The translations under genes and the position numbers were made by a program. Positions 55,287 to 64,000 of a DNA stretch of 64,000 bases are shown piece after piece. Numbering within the stretch: position 1 is the stretch's first letter; each line of letters starts with the position of its first letter. The notes below the pieces were generated by a model. That model made no database searches. It saw only the letters and a program-made list of their open reading frames with translations, and was not told the origin of the DNA. The stretch is from Thecamonas trahens ATCC 50062 (lineage: Eukaryota > Protista > Apusomonadida), in assembly GCF_000142905.1 (NCBI RefSeq), contig NW_013657637.1:124001-188000 (forward strand), in the 5' to 3' direction.

Positions 55287-55742
55287 TCAGATGAGGTCCG
55301 GGGTGGCGCCCAGGAGAAGCGCGTAGGGGTCGTCTGTCTCGGGCGGGGGCGGGTTCTTGAACAGCTTATACTCGGCAATGACGGCGTTGCAGTCAGCGAT
55401 GAGATCCGGGAGCTGCGCAAGATACGTGCACTGGTGGTTGGAGAGGGAGATGGCCGTGCGCTGGGCGTCGTGCGCGTCAAGCGCCGGCGCCACGCGCTCG
55501 TCGATGGTCTCGCTCACAACCGCCAGCTTGGCGTCTATCCCGTCGAACGTAGTCATGAGCACCATGAGCTCGTTGTCTAGAGCGTCCAGCCGTGTGTTGA
55601 TCTCGCTTCGCCACGCCACGTCCTCGCTGACCGACTCGTTCACCGCCGTCCGCCACTTGGCCTTGTCTGTGCCTGTAACCTTTCCCACTACCCCGTTCAC
55701 CGCCCCGACCACCTGTGACGACATCTTCTTCATAAAGTTCAT
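55287..55742 (-). CDS. Small helical orphan protein (151 aa)
   Basis: MNFMKKMSSQVVGAV..., amphipathic helices and a PPPP near the C-terminus; coding-like codon use. Confidence 0.7.
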   Translation of the reverse strand: MNFMKKMSSQVVGAVNGVVGKVTGTDKAKWRTAVNESVSEDVAWRSEINTRLDALDNELMVLMTTFDGIDAKLAVVSETIDERVAPALDAHDAQRTAISLSNHQCTYLAQLPDLIADCNAVIAEYKLFKNPPPPETDDPYALLLGATPDLI

Positions 55743-55916
55743 AATGCCTGTCGTTTGCACGACGAGTGATGGCTTGCACGACTTGGGTCTAGGGCTGGCC
55801 TTTCGGATCCGCAGCCTCAAGGTTTGAGCAAGGTTCTCTATTTCTCCTCTCCCGTCCACTGTTCCCGACAGGCCGTCCTCCTCCCCCCCCCCCCCCCCCC
55901 CCCATCCCCCTTCCCC

Positions 55917-56945
55917 ATGTCCGCCCCTCCCCCACCATCGGGCACGGCCAACCCTGCACAGGTAAGTGCACCTCTTGCAGGCGCACTCCGCGTTGCTGCT
56001 ACCACCGTCCTCCCCCTTGCCATGGGCCCGGTACGTGTCCCCGCTCTCGGCGCGCTGGCCCGCACAGGCTCGCATGGCCTCGCATGACCCCCCATCTGGC
56101 ACATCATCTCACACAGGCAACATTGTGCCCAGACGTCTCATTTCGCCTCGCTGCTGCAGGGCTTGATCATGCAGAACGCGGACCAGCTGCTTCCGTCTGA
56201 GAGCACGTGGGAGACCATGCTCGCCTCGTTTGAGCAGTCGATGCTCAAGAGTGTGACGGGGAGCCAGCCTGTCCCCGTGTCAGACACGCCGTCGGCAACC
56301 GGCGCCGCGGCGCCGCCTGGCCCCCCTCCGCCGCCCACATCGTGGTGGTCAAGCATGATGTCAATGCTGCCGGGCGCCCAGACCGACGCCGCCCACCCCG
56401 CGTCGGTCCCGGATCAGACCACGCCCTCATCGGCGGCGGCGCCGTCGATGACCGCGGAGATGCTCGCGGCGCTCGTTCGACAGAAAGCTGCAGCGATGCT
56501 CACGCCGGACGCGACGCCCGCACTGGCCTCTTCCCCGTCGGCTCCTCCTACTGCACTCCAGGGTGTGCCTGATGGTCTTTACGAACTCTATGTGGAGCGG
56601 GCCAAGGTCACCCAGCTGGAAGCCAAGGTTGCGGCCCTTTCGGCGGCGTTGGCCGAGGCCAACTCGGCCAGCTCGGCAACGTCGGCCGCGCGCATCGCCA
56701 AGCTCGAGCAGGAGCTTGCCGCCGTCACCGCCGAGCGTGATGCGATGGCCACCAAAGCGCGCGAAGAGCACGATGCTCTTGTTGCGCGCGTCGCCGAGCT
56801 GGAGGCACGGCTGGCGACCGAAGTGGCCGAGCGCGAGTCGATGCAGGCTAAGGCCACCGAGCTCATCACGATGCAGCACGCCGAGGTCGAGAAGCGCGGC
56901 GCTCGCATCCGTGCTCTTGAAGCCGAGCTCGCGGCTCGGCCATGA
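55917..56945 (+). CDS. Coiled-coil orphan protein; exon 1 55917-55961, intron 55962-56159
   Basis: CAG|GTAAGT...CTGCAG phase-0 intron; C-terminal heptad repeats. Confidence 0.75.
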
Positions 56946-56949
56946 CGCC

Positions 56950-57480
56950 TCACAGCTCCAGAACAAACTCGCGTACCTCGATGAGCTCGTCGAGCCCGGC
57001 TTGACGGATGCCGACCTTCTCCACACCGTCCCACAGCACACTAAACACAGCATTCAGCTGACCGTCACCGTTCACCTCGCGTAGCACCCGCCTTGCGTAC
57101 GCGCACGTCCGGACGACAAACTCGTCGTCACTCTCAACAAACTCCTCAAGGCCGGGCACCGTGTCTCCGGCCGCATACGTCATGACCATGAACAGCGCCG
57201 TCAACACTTCGTTGTCGTCTTTCTCGCTCACTGCCTCGGTCCCCACCAAAAGGTAGTAGATCGTGTCCATGTACGCCTTCATCTCCTCCATGCCCAACTC
57301 GTCCACGCGGAGAAACCGCGGCCGCCCTGACGGCCCCTCCTCCACCGGCAAGCCAACTGCAAAGTCGGCCTCGAGCACGACTCGCTGGTACTTGGCGCGC
57401 ACCGTCCGAAAGACACGCTGCATCACCTTTACGCATCCTCCATCCGTCGACGCTCCTGCCGCACTGTCGTCCATCGTCAT
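56950..57480 (-). CDS. Orphan helical-domain protein, copy A (176 aa)
   Basis: Clean ORF with clear paralogy to 58643-59200. Confidence 0.8.
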   Translation of the reverse strand: MTMDDSAAGASTDGGCVKVMQRVFRTVRAKYQRVVLEADFAVGLPVEEGPSGRPRFLRVDELGMEEMKAYMDTIYYLLVGTEAVSEKDDNEVLTALFMVMTYAAGDTVPGLEEFVESDDEFVVRTCAYARRVLREVNGDGQLNAVFSVLWDGVEKVGIRQAGLDELIEVREFVLEL

Positions 57481-57596
57481 GAGGAGGGTGAGACGAGTTT
57501 TTGGTGTTCCGGCGGCTCACTGGCGCTCTCAAGCCGAGCTCGTGGCTCAAGCAGGTGCTGAAGTCGAGCGACCAAAAATGTCTCCTTTTACCAACC

Positions 57597-58418
57597 CTAC
57601 TTCTTGTTCATCGCCATCCACGACGAGAGCTTGCTAAAGTACGTGGCCTCGTCGTCGGCGGAAGCCTCGCCGGCCTTGCTGCCATCCTCCACAACCTTCT
57701 CCTCTTTGTTCTCTGCAGCAGCGTCGCCAGCGTCACCAGCACCGGCAGCGTCACCAGCGTCACCAGCACCGGCAGCGTCGCCAGCACCGGCAGCGTCACC
57801 AGCATCGCCAGCGACGGCATCAGCGGCAGCGACGGCATCAGCGGCTTCCGCGGGCTCGGCGCTGGCCGTCGCTTCGGCGAGTTGGCCCTCCAGCTGCTCG
57901 ATGCGCGCCTGAAGCAGCTCACGCTGCACCGCAAACTGCACCGACAGCTGCTTGACGTCGTTGAGCGCCTTGATGTGCTCGGCGTCGGCGGCCTCAAAGT
58001 CGGCGACGACCTGGCCGAGCTTCTCAGCGTGCGCCACCAGCCGCTGGATCTCCTCGTCCTTGGCCGCCAGCATCTCTTCCAGCGCTGCAACCTTTGCCGT
58101 CGCATCGGGCGCCGCATCCACCGCAGCCCCTGCAGCCGCACCATTCTCCGCCACCGCCTTGCTCTCCTCCACCATGGCCACCACCTCGCCCTTGAGCGAG
58201 TCTGCCGTCTCATCGCGCGCGAGCGCCTTGGCGATTTCTTCCTCGAGCGTCTGCTCCAGATCAGCCGGCGACGCCATGATGAGCTCGCGCTTGGGCGGCA
58301 TCTGCCGCACAGGGCCCGACGACCAGGTGACGGTAACAGGCATATCGACGCCGTTGACAGTCACGGCCGCGCTCACCGATGCAACGCTCACCGACTTGCC
58401 CTTGAGCTTGGACGCCAT
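57597..58418 (-). CDS. Acidic coiled-coil orphan protein with AGDA repeats (273 aa)
   Basis: Clean ORF with a beta-rich N-terminus, heptads and a (GDAAGA)n tract. Confidence 0.75.
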   Translation of the reverse strand: MASKLKGKSVSVASVSAAVTVNGVDMPVTVTWSSGPVRQMPPKRELIMASPADLEQTLEEEIAKALARDETADSLKGEVVAMVEESKAVAENGAAAGAAVDAAPDATAKVAALEEMLAAKDEEIQRLVAHAEKLGQVVADFEAADAEHIKALNDVKQLSVQFAVQRELLQARIEQLEGQLAEATASAEPAEAADAVAAADAVAGDAGDAAGAGDAAGAGDAGDAAGAGDAGDAAAENKEEKVVEDGSKAGEASADDEATYFSKLSSWMAMNKK

Positions 58419-58642
58419 GATTAGAAAGAGTGAGAGACGAGAATGCGCCGGCGTCTTGCTCTTTCGCTCTTTGAGTACGCTTTTGAGCACGAGAGCACGA
58501 GAGCGAGAGCACGAGAGCGTGAGAGCGCGAGAGCAAGCATTTTTTGGCTGCGAAAAAAAAACCAACGAAAAGACGCCGAGAGCAAGAAAGTAGAGCACCT
58601 TGCCACGGACACCCACTCAACTCCCTCGTCCGAACCATCATC
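58419..58642. promoter_or_regulatory. Probable 224-bp bidirectional promoter with GAGAGC(A/G)C repeats and A/T runs
   Basis: Lies between two divergent ATGs; the repeats are at 58486-58535. Function is inferred from position only. Confidence 0.5.
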
Positions 58643-59200
58643 ATGGCCGTCAACGCTGCTGTCAACGTCAACGTCTCGCTCGTCATCGACGAGGAGGTGG
58701 CCGCCAAGGCCGAGGCCGTCATCGAGGTCCTCCGCAAGCTCTACCGCGTTGTTCAGATCAAGTACCAGAAGAAGCTGCTCCAGGCTCCGCTCCCCATCTG
58801 CCTCCCCATGGGCAGCAACGGCAAGCCCAAGGCTGCCACCAAGATGAACCTCATGGAGCTCAAGTCGTCCATCGACACCCTTTGCCTCATGGGCATCAAC
58901 AACGAGGCAACGTTCAACACGGCCGAGGACCCGCTCTTTGCGCCGACCCTCACCTTCATCTACGTCCTCGCCTCATACGCCTGCGGCGACAACGCTGTTC
59001 CTTCGGCCGTCGAGCTCTACTTTGAGCACCAGCGCGAGAACTGCCTCCTGGCCTTCAAGATGCTCTACGCGTACGTCAAGCGTACTGAGGACGATCCCGA
59101 CGCCGACTTTGAGGACCTCAAGGAGATGGTCGAGGAGATCCTTCTGAACGTCATGCCCCTCTCGGAGCTCATGGCCATGGACGTCGTGCCTCCCATTTAG
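58643..59200 (+). CDS. Orphan helical-domain protein, copy B (185 aa)
   Basis: Clean ORF with strongly C/G-ending codons; paralog of 56950-57480. Confidence 0.85.
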   Translation: MAVNAAVNVNVSLVIDEEVAAKAEAVIEVLRKLYRVVQIKYQKKLLQAPLPICLPMGSNGKPKAATKMNLMELKSSIDTLCLMGINNEATFNTAEDPLFAPTLTFIYVLASYACGDNAVPSAVELYFEHQRENCLLAFKMLYAYVKRTEDDPDADFEDLKEMVEEILLNVMPLSELMAMDVVPPI

Positions 59201-59256
59201 ACATGCAGGCCGCGCGCTCACGTAAACGTATCGCTTTTTTTGTCTCTACCAACCGC

Positions 59257-61016
59257 TCAAAAGGTCACCGACGGCAGCGCCACCACACCCGAGCTCGCCA
59301 GCAACGCCTCCTGGCACTTACCCACCAGCGGCTCCAGCGAGTTGAGATGCAGATTGTGCTCGTTGATGAGCATGAGCACACACTGCGCTGTCCTTCCGAA
59401 CGACGGCCGATGGACGAGCGGGTCCAAGTTGGGGCCGGTGCCCACCGCAAAGTTGACCACGTAGTAGAGCGCCGTCACGTGCGCCTCGAGCACCTCGGTA
59501 TCGTCGTCGGTCAGCCCGCAACTCAAAGCACGCAGCGCCGGAAGTACAATTGCATCCAGCCGGGCTTTGAGGCCCCACTTTGTGTCACGATTTGACGCAG
59601 AGGTCAGGACCGGGATCGCGCCGTCGCGCCGCCCAAAGCCCACCGTGGCGCGCAGGCCGGCAAAACGCACCGACGCTGTCTTCACGAGCTTGTTGAAGAG
59701 CCGAACCACATCGCTGTCGCTCCCTTCACGGCCCCCTCACGAAACGCCGCCACGATCTTGCTCCCGTCGACGCTTGCGCCTGATTCCTCGCGGCACTTAC
59801 CGGCCTCTTCAAAGATGTGCTCCACCGTGGTGCACACCGCAGGGTTCCCGGCCGCCTTGGCCACTTGCAGCACGTTCTTCCCGTCAAACTTTTCGCTCAT
59901 CAAATCGCGAAGTCGCTTCCATGCCGTCGTAGCCCCGAGGCCGGCCAGCTTGCTCTGCTTCCGCACGTGCTCCAGAATGGCGTCGAAAATGGGGTTCTGC
60001 CCAGACTTGGCCGCCACATACACCACAGACGCCTGCCCGCGCGACCCGGAGATCTTCGCACCCAGCCGAATCAGCGACCCCGCAATCGGCTTTGCAAACC
60101 TGCCGTGCTCGGCGCTCACAAACTCCTGCTCCGCAAGCCACACCAGCGCCTTTGTCAGCGCCGGCTTCTCAAGCTCGCCGTCAACTTCGTTCGCGTGTTC
60201 CTCCGCCCACTTGAGCACACCCTTGGCTGCCGCAAAGTTGTAAGCCTTGATGAACATTGCCACGTACCCGATCACGTTTGCCCACGTCTGCTCCTTGGCC
60301 AACCACTTGAGAAAGTCTCCCGTCGTCATGCCGCTCATCGCCATGTCCACGTCGCGCAAGCACCCACTCTGGCCATCGCCCGCCTCCTCCGCAGCCACCA
60401 CGCTCGCCGGATACTCGCGCCTCATCGCCTCCGACACCACATCCTTCACCGCCCGGTGCCACTCCTCGACCGCCGCCTGCGTCACCAGGCCTGCCAGCGC
60501 CCGCCGCCACAGGCCCTTGCCACGCATCAGCGCATTCTCCTTGACACCTGCGATCACCAGCGGGAGCGCCATATACTTGATCGCTTCATCGCTCCCCATG
60601 TTCGCCTTGAGCATGCGCGTATCTGTCTCGGCCGCCTGCTTGAGAACCTCTGCCGGTGCCGCCAAAAGCGCTCTCTCGAGGATGTGTGCGACAAACTTGA
60701 ACCGCTTCTTCTTCGACTTGCCAGCTCCCACATACTCGAGCGCTGCGTTGAGCGGTGTCACGCCGGTCACCCGATTTGCATGGTTCACGTCTGCCCGAAA
60801 ATGGATGAGGTTGCGGAAGAGGGGGTACGCTCCTACCGCGAGAGCCACCAGCAGCGGCGTGGCCCCGGTATGCTCACCGACGCCCTCCTCCACCGTCGCC
60901 TCCACCGACGGCGAAGACCGCAGCGCCTCCTGCCACTGGCCACTCTCCACAAGCGCCACAAAGTTACCAGGAAGCCGTGCACCGTCCCCTACTGCTCGCG
61001 ACGCCAAGGTGCTCAT
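59257..61016 (-). CDS. Ankyrin-repeat protein with C-terminal orphan helical domain (copy C); frameshift in the G5 run at 59732-59736
   Basis: GATPLLVA...ADVN, GVTPLNAA, SVVYVAAKSG and GKNVLQVA. One extra G reads through as FREGGREGSDSDVVRLFNKL. Confidence 0.8.
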
Positions 61017-61228
61017 ACCTGCCTACGCCGCTCGAGAAAAGTCTGCCCCGCAACGAGCCCTTTTTTGGCACCTTTGAGCTCGTGAGCTCCGCCAGCGCAT
61101 CTGTATCCCCATGCCCACAGCCACAGCCACACAACCACCTACTCTCACACGTGCGTGAAACCATTGATCAGCTTCATTGTTTCAATTTGTCTCGCACCGG
61201 GCTCGAACGCCAACGGTGCCCTACCGCA

Positions 61229-61861
61229 TCACTCCAAGTGCTCGCCGAGAATGGTGTTGCGCGGAACGGGCGTGCGGATGTTGACGAGAATGGGCGGACG
61301 TCCCAGCTCGGGATCAAAGACGAGGCGGATTGTGCCGTACAGCTCGGCGTTCTCCGTGTCGAGTTCGAGCTGGCCAAGCGTGACACATTCGAGACCCGAC
61401 GTTGTCTTGCCGTGCCCATACACACGCAACAGTGGCGAGACCGAAATGTGAAAGTTGCCCCACATCGAGAGCGCGTGCGGAATCGGCCCGGGATCGACAA
61501 CGGGTGCCTTTTGCACCGGCGGCTCGGATGACGGGCCAGGCGTTATGCTCAGTGCAGACTCATCACCTTCGTCGTACTCCTCCTCCGGAACCCCTCTCGA
61601 TCGATGCACTACCCTCGTGCTTGTCGTCGTCGTCACCATCGGTGTCGTGCCCTCGTCGCCAGTCCCCTCCTCCTCCTCCTCGTCTCCGCCATCTCCCGCC
61701 ACGACCGTCATCACACTCACGCTCGCGCTCGCGCGCACACCCACAGAGACACGCTCCCGCCGGTTGGCAAAGTACGCACGCATCCACTTTTCATCCTCCT
61801 CCTTATCACCTCGATCTTGGTCTGCCCGTTGACTCGCCGCCGCGGGTCGTCTGCCTCGCAT
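61229..61861 (-). CDS. Orphan protein: acidic N-terminus, beta-rich C-terminal domain
   Basis: ORF fills the space between neighbouring genes; no recognised motif. Confidence 0.55.
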   Translation of the reverse strand: MRGRRPAAASQRADQDRGDKEEDEKWMRAYFANRRERVSVGVRASASVSVMTVVAGDGGDEEEEEGTGDEGTTPMVTTTTSTRVVHRSRGVPEEEYDEGDESALSITPGPSSEPPVQKAPVVDPGPIPHALSMWGNFHISVSPLLRVYGHGKTTSGLECVTLGQLELDTENAELYGTIRLVFDPELGRPPILVNIRTPVPRNTILGEHLE

Positions 61862-62181
61862 GCCACCCCTGCGCTCCACAAGACGCGGCTTGGCTCAGGA
61901 AAATACCTCGCGGCCTCGCTAGGCTTGCAAAGAGCTCAGCGTTTAGCCCTGGATCGCCTCGACGTCGCGACTCCCTTATCAGCAGCAGAGTAGAGTGCGT
62001 ATTCTACTCGACTTCACCTCGCTGCTGCCCGTCTCCCGCCTTCCCGCAACAAGCCCATTTGCTCTCGTGTGCTGCTCAATTGTAGAGCAGCACGCGAAGC
62101 GAGGCGCTCAGCTGAAATGCTCAACTCAAAAACCACGTGCTTAAATAATACCGACCGCCGTCCCACCTCTACTCCACTCGC

Positions 62182-63231
62182 ATGTCCTCGTTTGCCAGTG
62201 CTGCCTCGCCAGCTGCGGCGGTTTCGTCGCCGACAGCGACGCCTGGTGCGCCGCAAACATCGTACCTGATGACGATGTGGCGGGCGTACAACGCGGCGTC
62301 CACAGAAGCCGAGCCCGCCTGTGAGACGGGTGCGTCGCGTGGCGTGGTGGCGCCGGCCGGTGTGGACGCCACTTCGGCAGCACTGGTCTCCTCGCTCCTG
62401 CGGCCGGCCATCGAGCAGTGCACAGGCGCCGATCCCGCCATGACGACAAAGCTCACGGCACTTGCCATGCAGGCGCTCTGTGTGCCGATGGCCGGGAGCG
62501 GCGCGAGCCCCATGGACGTTGTCTCCGCCACCACATCCACCGCCTCTGACCTCCGTTTGCACACTAAGCACCTCGCCCGCTTTGTCGACGCCGCCATGAA
62601 CACCTGCATCCGACGCGCCGTCACCATCTCCTCATCCACCATGCAAGTCGCTGCCGATCATGTCATCGCCAGTCTCGACCTTCTCAACACTCTCATCCGC
62701 GCCACCGCACTCCGCTACCTCGCCGTCTCCATCCTCCTCTTTGCGGCCCAGCTTGTGCGCAACGCCTCCTGTTCGACGCTCGCCTCGCCCGACTCGGCAG
62801 CATGTAGCGTTGTTTCATCGAGCGTCTACCTGCTCGACATCACCATCGCCGTCTTCTTCCTCGTATTTGAAACGCTGCCGCTTGTTGGCCAGCTCATCGC
62901 CGGCCTCGGCTACGCCGTGCTCGTCGTCGCCACCTACGCGTCCGAAGAGAGCGCCGCCGCCATCAAGCGCGGTCTCGAGACCGCGCTCATTGCACTTCCA
63001 GCACCGCTCATTCCCCGCATCCGTGCCCTCGTCGGGCCCCTTCCTGACCCGATCAACGCTGGCCGCGTGCTCCGCGAAATGCTCCCGCACAACGAGCTCC
63101 TCAAAATCCTCTACAAGCTCGTCGTCTTCTTCGTTCTCTCATACCTTTACTTCTTTCCACCCATCCGCCAGGAGGTCTCGCTTGTTGCGCTCGCAACGAG
63201 CGCCATCAGAGGTAGCGCAGCGCACGCGTGA
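62182..63231 (+). CDS. Orphan multi-pass membrane protein
   Basis: 349-aa ORF with about four hydrophobic segments in the C-terminal half. Confidence 0.7.
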   Translation: MSSFASAASPAAAVSSPTATPGAPQTSYLMTMWRAYNAASTEAEPACETGASRGVVAPAGVDATSAALVSSLLRPAIEQCTGADPAMTTKLTALAMQALCVPMAGSGASPMDVVSATTSTASDLRLHTKHLARFVDAAMNTCIRRAVTISSSTMQVAADHVIASLDLLNTLIRATALRYLAVSILLFAAQLVRNASCSTLASPDSAACSVVSSSVYLLDITIAVFFLVFETLPLVGQLIAGLGYAVLVVATYASEESAAAIKRGLETALIALPAPLIPRIRALVGPLPDPINAGRVLREMLPHNELLKILYKLVVFFVLSYLYFFPPIRQEVSLVALATSAIRGSAAHA

Positions 63232-64000
63232 GGTAAACCGCCATCTTGTTGTCGCTCACCACCACGAGCGGATCGGCCAGAAACGCGGCCAGCGGCACAA
63301 AGGTGGTCAAGCATGCCCGCTCTCCGGCGCCACTCGCCATGTACGCACTCGACTCGCGCGTGAGGAGCAGGATGCTGCCTGTCATGTCGTACTCTTGCAC
63401 CTGCGCGTCAAACACCCCAAACACCTGCAGCTCGCGCTCCTCCGTGCTTGATGCCAACTTGCTCAGCACCGACCGCATCATGCTCCCCTCCACAAGGAGC
63501 CGCGGCACGGCGTCGCACTCGTTAACGACCGAGACGTGGCGCTTGAGACACGACTTGGTCTCATCCGCGCCTATCCGCCGCATCACGGCAGGTGCACCAA
63601 ACGAGGCAGAGACTAGCTTGACGTGGTGTGCCAAATGCAGATCGTACAAGCGCGCCTCTAGCACGAGCGCCACAATCTGCGCCACACCGCCGGCAATCCC
63701 ATGGCCCGTCACAAACAGGGTCACCGGCTCTTCGCCCTCCTCATCCAGCAAGTTGGCCCTCTCCAGCTCGCTGCGGAGGAGCGGCACCATGCCGCACACC
63801 ATCTCGTGCAACGCTGCTTGCACCAAATACTCGGCGTCCGACCCGGGTGGCCGGATGGTGGCTGTCGCCGAGTTGAGCATGGCCAGGCCGGTAGTCAACT
63901 CGTTTGTAAGCACAAATGCAAGTACAACCACCTTGCCGTTGCCGTCGTCACCGCGCTCGCGGTGCAGGAGCAGGAAGCCGGGCGAGCGGCCGTCCATCGT
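63206..64000 (-). CDS. Lipase class 3 fold protein lacking the nucleophile Ser (5' end outside the window)
   Basis: LFVTGHGIAGGVAQI (canonical GHSLGG), SFGAP and VVNECDAVPRL. Confidence 0.8.
   Translation of the reverse strand, partial: TMDGRSPGFLLLHRERGDDGNGKVVVLAFVLTNELTTGLAMLNSATATIRPPGSDAEYLVQAALHEMVCGMVPLLRSELERANLLDEEGEEPVTLFVTGHGIAGGVAQIVALVLEARLYDLHLAHHVKLVSASFGAPAVMRRIGADETKSCLKRHVSVVNECDAVPRLLVEGSMMRSVLSKLASSTEERELQVFGVFDAQVQEYDMTGSILLLTRESSAYMASGAGERACLTTFVPLAAFLADPLVVVSDNKMAVYLTRALRYL

Noticed and set aside
56950-59710. Assignment of the triplicated domain to the Bcl-2 or Death-fold families
   Set aside because: Size and helicity are loosely compatible, but there is no BH3 GD or BH1 NWGR motif; it cannot be supported without a structure search.
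51812-64000. Endogenous virus or transposon
   Set aside because: No capsid, integrase, polymerase, packaging ATPase or terminal repeats were recognised. GC and codon style match the host, and one gene has a canonical intron.

Overview
This is a GC-rich, very gene-dense eukaryotic nuclear scaffold with six N-gaps. Introns are few, lie near the 5' ends, and mostly have GTACG donors; poly-G/C tracts are frequent. The style fits an apusomonad such as Thecamonas trahens, but that is inference and was not verified. About 36 protein-coding genes can be supported. Conserved genes are a GH31 glycosidase (partial), RPS19, LPCAT, MORN1, a PKA regulatory subunit, CPT1, an LRR-polyproline-TKL kinase, MSH5, MCCC2, mitochondrial Lon, DDX47/RRP3, XPF, TspO, an HIPL1/GSDH-type propeller, a TDRD3-like protein, a STE20 kinase and PCIF1. 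From about 51.8 kb to the end lies an orphan-rich block. It holds an ankyrin-TKL kinase, an apparent SPOC plus atypical homeodomain fusion, coiled-coil proteins and a lipase-3 lacking its catalytic Ser. It also holds the most notable feature: three diverged copies of an unrecognised ~150-185 aa helical domain within 3 kb, two stand-alone and one apparently fused to ankyrin repeats. At least 8 genes are split by single-base frameshifts, mostly in homopolymers and probably sequencing errors; repairing them reveals architectures the ORF track hides. No rRNA, tRNA, CRISPR array or intact mobile element was found. All family calls come from motif recognition by eye, and no searches were run.
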